A DNA stretch of 64,000 nucleotides from Octopus sinensis. Lineage: Eukaryota. This document shows positions 1 to 13,903 of the stretch, one piece after another. A model generated the notes under the pieces. That model saw nothing but the letters and a program-made list of their open reading frames with translations, did not search any database and was not told the DNA's origin. The DNA lies in NCBI RefSeq assembly GCF_006345805.1, contig NC_043013.1, positions 36,890,001 to 36,954,000 of the forward strand. The letters run 5' to 3'. Positions within the stretch are counted from its first letter, which is position 1. Each line of letters opens with the position of its first letter. A program made the translations under genes and the position numbers.

Positions 1-229
1 CAAAACAATAGAGAACAAGACAAATAGCCACTCTGATAAGCTTATTTCTTTCATTTCTCTTTACTGTTGTTGCTGCTCTTGTTGTTGTGGTTACTATTTA
101 CATAAGATCATTTTTCTACTGTTGTTCAAGCAAATACTAACCTTCACCCCACATATGCTGCCATACCACATCTATCTCTACCCCCCCCACTCTCTAGTGT
201 CTGTCTGTATGTCTTTCAGTCTATGTTCA

Positions 230-555
230 ATATACCTATCTGTTTGTCTGTCTGTCTTCCTATCTATCTATCTACCTACCTACCTATCTATCTATCTATC
301 TACCTACCTATCTATCTGTCTATCTACCTACCTATCTATCTGTCTATCTATCTATCTATCCACCTACCTATCTATCTATCTATCTATCTATCTACATATC
401 TATCTATCCATCTATCTGTCTGTCTACTTATCTGTCTACCTATCTGTCTATCTACTTGTCTATCTACTTGTCTATCTACCTGTCTATCTAACTGTCTATC
501 TACCTGTTTGTCCGTCTGTCTTTCTTTCTGTCTACCTACCTGTCTAGCTAGCTAG
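230..555. repeat. Compound tetranucleotide microsatellite (CTAT/CTAC/CTGT)n
   Basis: Directly visible; source of the YLSI/CLST ORFs 122..547 and 223..555. Confidence 0.95.
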
Positions 556-2606
556 CTATTTGCCTCTATCTTGTCACCATGTAGTGGTAAGTTTGAGTCA
601 GAGAGATGGACAGAAGGAAACATGCCGAGTTGGAAGAAGATTACGAAGAACGAAAGATACAAGGGAAAGGAAATGGTGTTTGTAAAAAAAAAAAATGAAA
701 AAAAGAGTAGAGAATGACAAAAAAAAAATTAAGAGAATTATCTTCAGTGTATGAAGTAGTACTGATATCAGTGTGCAATGACCATTTATGAAAGGTGTTG
801 GAAATTGTTTCAGCTTACCAGGTATTTCCTGGCTGATTATAGCAGAAACTGTGTCGGTTATAAAGGAACTACCATATAACAGTTGGCAACCATAGCAAAT
901 CTGGTCACAAGATTTTATCTCTTCAACCAATCTTGGACACTATCCAACTTTCTTTCTTTCTCTGCTTTCACCATTTTTTCCTTGTCTGTTTCTTAATTTC
1001 TAGCGATTCTTTTCCTTTTCCGTGCACAACGATTCCCCTCTTTCTCACCCCCTACCCCACCCCCATCCTGTCATCATCAGTTGTTTTGGTTGAATGAATG
1101 ACATAGTTAGGAAGAGAGAGAGAGATGTCTGTATAAGTCAAGCTAATGGTAGAGTATCTAGTGTTTGCTGGTAGGAAGGAGAGATTGGCTGAGGCTAGTC
1201 CCCCCCCCCTGCAAGAGATTCATTCTTTCTTTTTTTTTAGTTAATTTGATTGAATTTAACTCAGTAGATTTATCTGTTCACCTTTAGGGTCCACATTAGA
1301 TCTTACTTTGGGATGACATATTTTGGAACTTCTCCTAGGATGGATGGAATGTTGGGTATATATATATATATATATTAGACTACCCATGACCCATTATGTC
1401 ACTGCCGGTTCAGGTTATAAAACATTGAAGCTGATTTCGACATTGCATTGAAATGAAAGTTAATTTTATGATGATTCAGTTAAATATTTCAACTGGTTTG
1501 TGCCATCATAGGTCTGGTTTACAAGTTCATGGCTAAGGTTTTATTGATTATTTACTTCATCTAATAGAAATAGAACTTCTGGGATAAACTTGAACTCCAG
1601 TTACAGCATTTATTTATGGCATATGTGCACACTTCTACAAAAATGCAAAAGGAATTGTTATATAACGTAAACATAAAATTAATGGAAACAATTTTCACAG
1701 TATTATACATTCCTATTTCAGGATTATGTTACTTTCGGAGTATTTTCCCATTATGTGCCATTTTGGCTATTTATGATGGTACCCCCAAAAAACTTCATAT
1801 CTCAGGAATCCATGGTCTGATTTCAATGAAACTTGTTTTATTCCATTTGTATTCACATTTCAGGGGTGCTTACTTTCAGAGTATTTTCCCAGTTTGGTTG
1901 TATTAAATTACAGACAAGCATGCATGCAAGCAAGCCAGTCGCAGAGTTTTAATAGTATATAGATAGTTTTATGTAAATAGACTTATTTCATGAATTATAT
2001 ATATTTGGAAAATATCTTCCATCCAAGACAAGTTTGATAGTTTGTTCCAGCATTTGTCAGTGTCTAGATTGAATCTTTTGATTCGGTGAGATACCTATAC
2101 TGCACACTTTCATTATTACATGCTACCCATGTCATATAGTGACACCCCATTGCTTGCAGCAATCACCTGTAGCACCCTTAGTTATGTAGCCTAAGGTAAG
2201 ATGGCTCTTAATATATGAACCCAATGCCATACCAGTGATCGAACAAACAAGTTTATTTCTTTTTGATCAATCTAGTTCTTTGTCATCTTGACACATTCAG
2301 CTGCCATACATTCTTTCCTCACCTGCCTGTGTGTGTTATCAGGATCAGATCACTTTTTAACTTCATGACATCGTCCTCATCTTCCCTTTGAAACAATTAA
2401 GTTTTTTTTTTTCTTTAAAGCAATAAGAAGACAGTAAAATTATAACTAATAGCCATTGCATAAATTTCTATGTGCATGTATGTGCATTTTATGTATAGAT
2501 ACAATAAAAACAGTTGTATCAATAATATACTCTAGCATGAAAGCAATTAACTCTGATAGATGATTGACCATTGATAATAAATCTCCCCCCCTCTCTCTCT
2601 CTATAT

Positions 2607-2650
<44 letters not shown>

Positions 2651-2655
<5 letters not shown>

Positions 2656-3506
2656 GGTGTAGTGGATAAACTGTCATCTAAATTACATACAAATGAAAAA
2701 AGCACTGACATCTCATTTTAATGGGTATATTTACCTAAATTACATAAAAATATTTTGAAATACTAACAAGTAGATTTATTCAATAAAATCACCATTGGCT
2801 TCAACCACGTCCTCCAGATGACTTTGGGATTTCCTGCAACTCTTCTGGATAGTCTCCTTCTTTTTAAGTTGGTGAATGCTGCCGTAATCCTTACCTTCAG
2901 TTCATGAAGGAGTTTTGTTAGTCTCTTGCTCAACTGTGCCCCTCACACAATAATCAAGGTGGGTTGCAGTCTGAGAAGTCAGGTGGCCAGATGTTAGCAG
3001 TGATATGGTCACAGAAAATGGCTGACAGCCATGACTGGATTCTCCTGCTTTTGTGGCATGGTGCAGAGTCCTGTTGCCAGGCAAGGGTCTTCCAGAAGCT
3101 ACCCTCCTGACCCAGGGCAACACTATCTCTTCCAGGCACTTGATGTAGGCCTCCATGTTGAGTCTAAGGCTGTGTGGGAAGTTGAATGGAGGCATAATGT
3201 TGCCATCCCTGGTGATCACTCCAAACACCATGATGTTGACTGGATATTTGATTTTTATCACTTGCGGTACATGTCATCAGCTTGACACCCAAATACTCTT
3301 GAAATGTTTGTATTGGAGCTTCCAGCGTTAATGCCAAGCAGTGCAGCATGCCGTTTCCAAATTTTTGACTGAGGGAATTCTGTTTTTCTCACAGACAATG
3401 CCCAACTGACCCTACAATTCTGTGTAGTTGATAAAGTCAAAAACAAACAATGCACCTGCATGAAATTAAAAATATAAAATAGCAACAATTTATCCATCGC
3501 ACCCTG
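2651..3506 (-). mobile_element. Internally deleted, decayed Tc1/mariner element of the DD37D (maT) type
   Basis: Imperfect terminal inverted repeats: left (ca)gagggtgtagtggataaactgt, right reverse complement cagggtgcgatggataaattgt, followed by TA at 3507-3508. Frameshifted transposase on the - strand: KYPVNIMVFGVITRDGNIMPP..F...LRLN...YI..LE..VLPW, WQQDSAPCHK...WL...DHIT..IWPP.FSDCNP(L)DY. There are 37 residues between the QQD aspartate and the NPLDY aspartate after removing a 1-nt insertion. Confidence 0.9.
2902..3261 (-). pseudogene. Transposase pseudogene fragment (C-terminal catalytic part of the DD37D element)
   Basis: Motifs are split across track ORFs 2902..3261 and 2954..3139 by frameshifts. 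The first catalytic Asp region appears lost in a deletion near 3260. Confidence 0.85.
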
Positions 3507-3539
3507 TATATCCTGTGTGTGTGTGTGTGTATATATCAT

Positions 3540-3670
3540 TCGTCATCATCATCATTTAGCATCTGTTTTCCATGCTGGCATGGGTTAAAGCTGCACCAGG
3601 CTCCAGTCTGTTTTGACTTGGTTTCTATGGCTGCATGCCCTTCCTAATGCCAACCACTCCGCAGAGTATA
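3540..3670 (-). mobile_element. Fragment of a retroposon with (GAT)n tail (family F); partial opposite-strand copy at about 8985-9066
   Basis: catcatcatcatttagcatctgttttccatgctggcatgggtt...gcccttcctaatgccaacc; aacccatgccag..atggaa at about 9016 is its reverse complement. Confidence 0.55.
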
Positions 3671-4087
3671 TACCCAAAGAGAATTCTGAAATAAGTATCA
3701 GTTGAACTATGCACAACAACATTGAAATATCTCTCCCGACCTCTCTTCTCTCATCCCAAAGGAATCATAGAAAGCATCATTTCCTCCTTTTGTATCGTAG
3801 AGGGTGCTTGTATGGCTGTATGTCTTTGTCAGTACTTTTAGTGATATGATACTGATGATGATGATGCTTGTGAATTCATTATGCCCCTCCCTCCCCCCAT
3901 CCTTTCTTACAGTTTGTATTCTCAACTTTTACTTTGTATGAACTTTTTTCTTGATTTTTTTTGGCTTCTCTAGTATGTGTATGTGTACACACACATGTGT
4001 TTGTCTACATGTGTGTATATTATATATGCACACATACAGTTACTCACACATATATTTACATTTTAACTTCCTCTGTGTTGTGTATGT

Positions 4088-4094
4088 ATGCATA

Positions 4095-4137
<43 letters not shown>

Positions 4138-4143
4138 CACACG

Positions 4144-4207
<64 letters not shown>

Positions 4208-4222
4208 CACACGCACATATAT
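4088..4222. repeat. (TA)n tract with a 70-bp tandem duplication of gcacacacacacgcac(at)n
   Basis: gcacacacacacgcacatat at 4131 and at 4201. Confidence 0.9.
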
Positions 4223-4863
4223 ACATAACTGTACTGTGTATATGTGCATGTAGTATATACATATATATTATATATGCACACACACGTACATATGTATGTA
4301 TACACATATATATACACAAACACATGATACCCACTCATTTTATTGCTCTTTTGTTGTGTCTTTAACTGCACTGTTAATCTCAACTGTCTGGGAATTATCT
4401 CCAAATTCCTGTAAGAATAAGAAGAAAAAGCTTTCCTTCCCTATCACCATCCTCGTTCCATAGATCGTTTTCTCTCCTTCTTTCTTTTTCTTTTCTTTTA
4501 TCTTTCGGCATCAATCACCAATTAACTCTAATTACATTTTTTTTTTTTTACTAAGAGCTCTGGGTATTATTAGTTTTTATCATGCCAGTTGCTCTTTGTA
4601 TAGTTTCGTTTTGAACCAGCCTCACTAATCTCCTACTATTTGCTGTTTTGGCTTTTGTAAATCCTATTAGTATTTCTGTGTGTGTATATATACGTGTACA
4701 CACTTGTCTCTGTGTGTTTGTGTGTCTGTGAGTGTATTACATGTGTGTATGCATGTCTTTGCCATTTTTTCCCCACTTTCGTTTTCTTTTATAATAGTTA
4801 AAATGTGTCAAAGTTGGTGGACTTGGTAAAATCTAATCATTTAAATCTGCATCTAAGGAACAG

Positions 4864-4900
<37 letters not shown>

Positions 4901-5623
4901 ATATTTCTTATATAACTGATTCAATTCTAGTCAACAGGAAGACATAAATGAATAAATACACTTTTTTTTTTGTTTTTTGTTTTTTTATCTAGTCTGACAA
5001 AATTAGAGAATGACTGTAAAAATTTGTAAATTTATTTTAATCTTTTCTTTTCACTGCTAGTTTAATTCATTTGCTATGCTTGTAGCTCTGTCTGTAAGTC
5101 TAACTTGATCTATCCATCAGACTCTTGCATCACATTAGAAAATTTACCTTGTTGTTTTTGTTGTTAAGCATTCATTTCAGTACTGACTGAGCAAGCTTTA
5201 TTCATAATCAAAGGTATTTAACCATGGTCATTCTGTCCTTTTGTACCTTGGACAATGTTTTTTTTTTTTTTTGAAACCATTACCACTAATATGTTATTTG
5301 AAAGTGATCTGGCTACTATTTCTAGATTGTCAACAAACTATAAAGGTTCCCTCATTTGGCTTATTGGTATTTTAAATTAACTTAACATTTGCTGCTCATT
5401 GTTTGCCACTGGTCTCTTGTCTGTGTCTTCTGGCTAAAAGAGAAAAAAAAACAGATTTCTATTGCATGTCCTCTCTTTACATACCTCTCTCTCTCTCTCA
5501 CGTTTATATATTTCCTACCAGCCATTCTTATCACACCTTCTGTCTGTCATACCATTTTAGCTTAGGACAATCTACAGCTCTCATCCCATGGCTTCAGAAC
5601 ACCTGTCTCTGCTGCTGCTGCTG

Positions 5624-5658
<35 letters not shown>

Positions 5659-6335
5659 GATGCTGCTATCTCTCTTCCTCCTCCTCCATCTGTCCCCTCC
5701 TAGTATGATCTTGATTTTTTTCTTAATTTGACCATGACTAAAATCTTTCACACATGCACCCCACCACACACACTTATATACATATATATATATGTGTAAA
5801 TTATACAGATTTTTTATTATATAACTATACTTTTTAAAATATACTTATATATTTATTTGGCTTGTTCAGGCTCATATGAACAAATAATTCCCGCATACAA
5901 TATCACACACATCCATACATACACACACACACATACATATAAAGAACGCTTTATTCATAAATAAAGAGAAGAAGGAGAGCTGTTTGTGTTTTGTGCAGGG
6001 GAAAGGTAGACTTCTGAGATTTGAAACTGTCAAGTCTAAAGTATAGCGGCCTTTACTCTTTATGGTTTTGTAAGCGATGAACCAGTCTTGTGCCATGTAC
6101 TTCTTGTATATTGTTGATAATTACACTCCAGAGCTTAACAAGTGACTCATTTTCCTCTGCAACAACAGCAATTTGAATGAAATTTTATTCTCCATTTTAT
6201 TTCATTTTAGTTTTTCAACATTTTGAGTTAATAATAATTCCTACAGGATGTTGAGAAGATGACAAGAGTGGGTTGGGAGAGGCTTAAAGATAAGATGAAA
6301 CAGGAGGGTGGAGGAAGAGAAGGAGGAGAAGAGGG

Positions 6336-6367
<32 letters not shown>

Positions 6368-7090
6368 TCCTGAATTAAAAAATAATAAATCAAAATAAAA
6401 TTAGAAAAATAGGAGAGTAGGGAGCAAAACAGAAATAGAAGGGAAAAAAAAGAAAAAAGGTTAATAAATAAATCTAAATTACTCACTTATTTCTTAAACT
6501 GCTAATTCTTTTGGCTAATTTCTTTTTGCATCGCCCCCCCCCCCTTCTCTTCCTCGATGGCATCAAATCATTACAGAAGCTCTCTGCCCCACCCATTCCA
6601 GCCAGTAGCCTGGAAATATCTTTTAATATAGGATATTAAAAATATGAGAAAACAAAAACCAAAAAAAAAAAATTCATGAAATGAAAAAGACCACACGCAT
6701 AAATAAAATATAAATATATACATTTTTCTGATTTTGGCTTCATTATATCAAATTTGGCTGGATAGTTCTTCTGCTTTGAATTTGTATATATTTGTGCACG
6801 TGATTGTATATGCATGTATGGGGGGGGGACATGTGCATGCACCACACGCTCACAGATACACAAACATTCATACACAAAATTCATACATTGAAATACAGAG
6901 CGGGACTAGAATTTGAAGTTCGATAAAGTTTAAAAGAAAAAAGAGGGAGAAAATATTGATGATAGTAAGATATCAGAAAGAAGATATGTGCCTTTAAAAA
7001 AAGGTGAAAAATGAAGAACACAGAGAATTTATTTTTTCTTGCTCTATCAAAAAATTTAGCTAATTGTTGCGTATATGATATTTGGTGGAG

Positions 7091-7122
<32 letters not shown>

Positions 7123-8027
7123 TTAATGGGACATCTTGAGCAAATGTCTTTTACCACAGCCATGGGTTGACAGAGACTGTCAGATAAAATGTTATTCAAA
7201 TTCAAAAGTCCATCCTTGTTATCTGCTTTGGAATTGCATTATTGGTATACATATGTGGAATGTTCAGCCACTTTGTGTACTAATTCAATAAGTTGGTCTT
7301 TTAGTGAATCACATACTTTTCTCAATGAATAAACTCCATCATACATATAAGTATGTGAGCGTATATATATATAAATATATATGCACTTTCTTTCAATTAA
7401 AGCCTCATAATCCAATATCTTCTAATCAAACCCATTCGCACATAACCAGAGTCTCCCAGCTAACTCTGTTCGCTTCAAGGAAGACAGGAGATGGTTGTTT
7501 TGTTTCAGTAAACATTTTAAATAATCTAAACCAGTTCATGAACTCCACTTATCCCAGATGAATTTGCTTTCTCTTTTGAAAGTATTTGGTCATTTATTAA
7601 GGCTGCCAATGGGATCTAACAAAGATTTCTGTTTTCGAGTTTTGCCACCTTGCCGCCTCACATTTCTGAGTTCAAATCTTTGCGGAACGGCTAGTTATGC
7701 TGTCCACATTTATCATTGACACTAAAGTCATTATCCTTCAAATACTAGAGATTGAGTCACCCTCCTATCCTGTTCCCATTTGCCCCCAAATGTTGCCATG
7801 ATTATTAAAAGAGAGAGGTGGGGTTGTTTGAGTGAGGGATTTATACTAGTGTGTGTGTGTGTGTAAGTGTTATATAAACCTCTCTATGTTGTTATTCAGG
7901 TACTTGCTTCAATGCAGCTAATTAGCTGCACAGCATATCCCTTCTTAATCTTATTTCTTATATTTTTCCTCATTAAATTATTTCTGTGAACTATAAACAT
8001 ATACACACACATGTATATGTGTGTGCA

Positions 8028-8102
<75 letters not shown>

Positions 8103-9492
8103 ATATATCACTGCTTCAAAATAAATAAGTACATTACCAGTCTACAGCAGTAAACTTGTGGCACTAATTTATGTGTCTGTGTGTGTGTTCTTTTAATTAG
8201 TGTTCAGTTAACAGCCCTATCTCTGTGTTGTTTTACAGAGTGTGTGGGTAGGAGAAATTTACCACATGCTAGCTTGGTTCCATGTGTATGTCCATGTGTT
8301 TGTGTAATTTCTGTCTTTCAATTACTTAGGAGGCATGTCTCTCTCTCTATATATATTATTAGATGTGTGTGTGTGCATATATACATATATATATATATAT
8401 ATTAGATGTATATTTGTGTGTTTATAAGCATTTATATATTGGTGTACTTACACTCTCACACACACATTCACTATGTATATACATAGACTCTCATCTCACA
8501 GAATCATATACATTTTCATGTATTAGATTATTACCACAAACACCAAGTATATCTTTTAGTATTTTTTATATATTTGCTCAGGTCTGTAAAGTGTGTGTGT
8601 GTGTGTGTGTATAAGGGTGTATTGGGTATTTATACTGTCTTTAAGAAAAAGAGAACTCGTTACATTTGTAGAGTAACATTTATTGTGGGAATTATGGTCA
8701 ATGCTTCATTGTGTCCAGTGGTTTCAGACCCAGGAGGAACTCTGACCATCATATAGAATAAATTAGATATTGTCCAGGAGTAGTCGTGGTGGAATGACTT
8801 CGATCACAAATTAAGTCTGACTAGAATTGGCTCGGGGTTAAACAATGAAAACAACTATTTAATCTTGACTTTTTTGTCTGTGTTATAGGATCCTAATCTG
8901 TCTTAATAATCATTGGGGTCTTGCAAACAACAAAGGCTAATGGCAGACAAGAACTTTAAAAATATCATTCGGCCAATCCCAACTTGTGAAACCTGTTTGT
9001 CCTTGTCAAACTGTCCAACCCATGCCAGTTATGGAACATGAATTTTGAATGTTAATTGATAATAATATTTGATTGCTCTTACATAATACTTGATTTCACA
9101 TGGTAGGTTGATAGGTTTAGAGTGATTTGTTTTGATGAGGGAACATTTAGAATTGTCTGGGATAGTCTGTGCTTGAAAAGACTGGGTGACCTGGGTTTCA
9201 TTATGGTTCTGAATGACCAGAGATGACCGAAAGCTAAACATGCAACATCCTATTTCAGCAGAGATTATTTATGCCCCGTTTTCTTATTTATCTAATTTTC
9301 TTATTATAGTTGCATTGGTGGTCAGAATATCATTGCACAGGGAAAAATATCATTGCACAGCCATTTCTGATGCAAACAAGATTTGAACTCAGATATGTGA
9401 AGCTGTGAGGCTGTTAATTAAACAGCATAAAACTTAAAACATTCACTTCCAACATTTTTACCTATATTGGTGTGCTAATTCTGCTGGTCTTA

Positions 9493-9535
<43 letters not shown>

Positions 9536-10479
9536 TGTATGGCTGAGCAGTCTATTTACACACTTATCTGAGCTGTTCTTCAGATTTATTTAATTATATA
9601 CAGAAGCTTCTACTGTTTATAGACCTAGGCATTTATCAAGTATATTGTACATATGTATGGAGGGGGTGGTGAGTGGATGGCAACTGTACTGGTAGTTGTG
9701 GTGGTGAGGAGTTGAATAAACAAAAGTTACTGCCAGGGTGGCATTTCTTGTGGAACCTTACAAAGGGCAAGCTAAATGGGTTTGATCTTCACTAAGACTT
9801 TCAGAAGTGTAGGTGCGTGTATAGATAGATGTGTGTGTGTAAAGGAGAAGGAAAGAGTATTATTTAGCACACGTTCATATGTACACATATATTTGTATTT
9901 CACTTACAAACATGCACACACACACACACACACACATTTGTGTGTGTGTGTGTGTACACATTGTGTTCTTTTATGCTCCAATCATACGCATACTCGCTCT
10001 CAAACACAAACTCATTAAATCACATAAGCACATACACAATCTAATTAATATATGCACATGTTTATATACGCACGCACATAAACACGCACAGATCTTGGCA
10101 AATACAAACAGATATACGCACAAAGCCCCAAATATCATTCCCTCACATATGAAATAGCCACCAACATCTGGAATGCTTCTATCCAAACCTCCATCCAATA
10201 CACAAATACACACACACACATACATTTTTCTAAAGACAGCAACAAAACTCTTCAAGTCATGTTATTGAAGCTGTGGCACAACTCCTGGCTTTTATTTGTC
10301 TTTCACCCTCTGGTGTTTGGGTGGCATGATGGTGGTGGTGGTGGTGTTGGCGGTGGTGATAGTGGTAGCGTGTGTGTGTGTGTGTTGTGCTTGCGAAATC
10401 TCTCTGTTAAGAGATGTATGTGAAATTATAATGACTGTGATGAAAGTTTAGTCTAGGTATCATATATTCACAAGTATAC

Positions 10480-10520
<41 letters not shown>

Positions 10521-12772
10521 TATACATGTGTGTGTGTGTGTGTGTGCGCACAATTGTATGTATATTTATCTACCTACCACACACATGTACACCAATCTAT
10601 TTTGTTTTCTTCTTTTTACATATTCAAACAATATATAGATTCTCAGATGTGTGTGTGTGTGTTGTGTATAAACACTAAAAAAATACAGTTAGAGGGGATG
10701 AAGTCTACTCATATATATCCTGTATTATATACATATTCCTACACACACACACACATGTGCATCATACTCACTGATATATGAGATGTTCTCATAACCCTCT
10801 TCTCAGCTCCATATCATAATCATAACATGAAGTTAGTCTTATACAAGTATAATGTAATGTAAGACAGGAGTCCCTATTTTGTTTAGTTTTTTTTCTTTCT
10901 TTTTGGTTTTATTTTGTTTTTAATCTATTGTCTTGGTCCACACATTCCCACCCCACTCCAATGAAGATTTTCATCTCCTGATCTGAAAATTCTAGTTGAT
11001 TCTTGTTAGATATTCCACAGTATCATGATGAAATGAGTCTTGAATTAAATTATCATGCTCAGCACCAATTCCTCCCTGTCAGTTCTACCCCCAGTTTTCT
11101 TGTAACAATATTTTGTGATAACCCTGAGAAACCGAGAATGACTGTGACTGTTATATATATTGGCCCAGGCTGAAATTTTCCAATTGAACTGGCTCTTAAA
11201 TTAAATACCTCCATTCCAGTGATGTCTTGACTTTTCCAGACTCTCCACTATCCACTGTACAAGTTAGCTACAATATGTGTGTATACATGTGCATACATAT
11301 ACATGTGTGTGTGTGTGTGTGTGTGACACACACACAGAAAGACAGATAGCTAACAGTGATATTAATACATACATGTATGTATTAATATGAGTGTGAGAAT
11401 GTGCAGCTACTGGTTTATATTTTGTCTGTGTGTGTGTGTATGTGTTGAGGTGTATGCTTATGTATATGCATGGACTTACACAGATTTGTGTTCATGCGTG
11501 TCTTTATGCTTATGTATGCATTTGTGATAGTTTCATTACTTTGTTGTTTTTGTTGTTTTGGCTTTATTGCTCCTGATTAGCTCTGATCTTGCTGTGGTTG
11601 TCCTGCCTATCTTTCTTTCAAACATCATATGTCGGACCACACTATCCAATGCATTCAAGGTGGTATGGCACAATTTGAATGAAACCTATTTATTGTTTCT
11701 AGCATACTGGTTAACCAATTAGAAGCTTCTTTGTTCCATGGTTGGTCTTGTTTTTGATGTTGACTGTATCACCCAAATGAATTTTTAAGACAGTAGGGTG
11801 TACTTACTTTGAGGAAGATTTGGCTGTTATTTCTAACATATCAAGCAACCATTTGGTCTCATTTGTATATATGGGGGATGCCTTAATCACTTCTTTTTTC
11901 TGCATTTTCCCAGCCACCACCACCTTATAAAGCCCCACTGTTCTGTATTTGCAGAGGACTGTAAGGATGGAAAAGGGGTGGTTTGCTTAGGGTGTGGTCC
12001 AGTATGAATATATCTCTGTTATTTTACTAGAAGGTGAGACCCTGTGTATAAGTTGGGTTGGTGGTAAGGTAGTATACTCTCCCCAGTTACACATTCACTA
12101 GACTTTAAGGCTGTTTTCTTATTGCTCATTGTTCATCCTCTTCTCACAGTCACCTTCTCACTCCACTCTGCTTCACTTCTTTCTACACACCACACCTTGG
12201 CCCTTGCCATCTTTGAAAAGTTTGTCATTTTCCTTGTCTGTGTATATTTTTACTAACAAAAATAAGGAGAAATAAAAGCGGTTAGAGTGGGGAGATATGC
12301 TCATACAACTTGACATTTAGACACATGTTCACTCTTATACACAAATGCATATGCATTTGGGTATAAACACAAATACAATCACACATAAATGAACATATAT
12401 AAACATACAATTTAACACATGCAAACGCATTCAGAAACACACATGAGCATGTGAACACAGACATAAATGCTCACACACATACACATTTATAGTTCAATGC
12501 ATAAATACATGCACTTGATAAAACACTGATACATGAAACATGCTTTTCTTCTTTATAAATCTCTCTCACTCCCCACACTGTAGTTCTTGAATAAAATTCA
12601 AGAAGACCGCAACTCAGTTAAAGTGCTCGCTACAGTGTAAGTGTAGATTGTATGTTCTTTTATAGAAGAAGTTTGATCTTGCAGAAATGTAACTAAGTGA
12701 CCTGAGATGGGATGGAATATGTATTGAAACACGTGTATTTCTTCTAAGACCATGTTTCTTTAACTAAAAGTT

Positions 12773-12970
12773 CATCATCATCATCTTCCACTGACTGGCA
12801 CAGCTAATTGTTAGAGCACCACTACAGATTCTCTGGTAGTCAGCAATCATGATTGAGCTCTGACTGCTATCCGCATGCAGAGGGTGTATAATATCAAGAC
12901 CTGTCTAGTCCTTGTAAGACCAGAATTTCCTTTTTGCCTGCCTCTTCTTCACCTTCCTTCAAGGTGAGCA
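12773..12970 (-). mobile_element. 3' end fragment of an RTE-clade LINE
   Basis: The - strand gives LEGR*RRGRQK then, after a frameshift, KD*TGLD, matching the recalled RTE C-terminus G..EG.R.RGR...W...IK.WTGL. Followed by tctgtagtggtgc and a (GAT)n tail. Confidence 0.55.
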
Positions 12971-12982
12971 AAGAAGAAATAT

Positions 12983-13013
<31 letters not shown>

Positions 13014-13866
13014 TGCATGCACACATGCATGCATAGACACTCATGGACATAGCTAATTTGCCATGGTCCCAGTGTGAAGATGACGGAACCAAAGATGACC
13101 AAGGACACCGGGAGTATCTCTGAATAGCACAACTGCATTTCATCAATCTGACAGCTATGAAATTTGATGATTATAAGGAATATCTTAAATTTTTACCCCC
13201 ACTTTACCTTTCCCCACACTATATCAGCTTTGCTGTTGATCCACATGACCTCATTGCTGGTCTTTATTAAGGTTATTAATGATAGATCAGTTCTTGGTTA
13301 GGAAGATCGATTCATTTCTTATGTTTAATCTTTACCTCCATATCAACCCAAAGGACATATTAGTATCTTGGATACATCATCTAAAGTGTTCGTCATATTT
13401 TAAGACACTTGGATGTGATGTGAAGAATATTTGGCTGCTATTTCTACAGACCGCATAAAGGCTCCAATTTTGCCAATAGTTGTCATTGTTGTTGTGGCTG
13501 GTGGTTATGGTGACGGTAGCATTGACTGCCAGATGAGTGGAGTGAAAGTCAAATTTGCATTGCACTTCTCTTGCAGTTTTCATTACCCTTACTGTTAAGC
13601 TTACTGCTCTCTCTCTCTCTCTCTCTCTCTCCCACCTCCACCCCCATCACTTTTCACTCACCCCCACTCATCCACCAAAGCCTTATCAAGTTGTAATGCA
13701 AAGATCAGCATTGGTCCATCTTTAATTACCACTTTCTAAACTGCTGTCACACAACAAGGGAGGTGGGGTGTTCTATGCCATTGTCAAGAAACACAAGTTC
13801 AGCTTGTGTTTTTTGTCTTTACCTTTTAAACTGTCAGTAAATTATGTATTTTATTATTATAGTTCC

Positions 13867-13903
<37 letters not shown>

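Noticed and set aside
598-930. 110-aa - strand ORF and short + strand MDRRKHAELEEDYEERK frame
   Set aside because: No recognisable domain or convincing splice sites, and the ORF ends in an A/T-run-derived tail.
1034-1066. Four C-runs (potential - strand G-quadruplex); similar G-rich patches near 25415 and 52640
   Set aside because: Such runs are frequent in this low-complexity DNA and nothing links them to a function.
12920-12967. Pyrimidine tract plus AAG|GTGAGC resembling a ratchet point
   Set aside because: It has an AAG rather than YAG acceptor and is explained by the antisense purine-rich RTE fragment.
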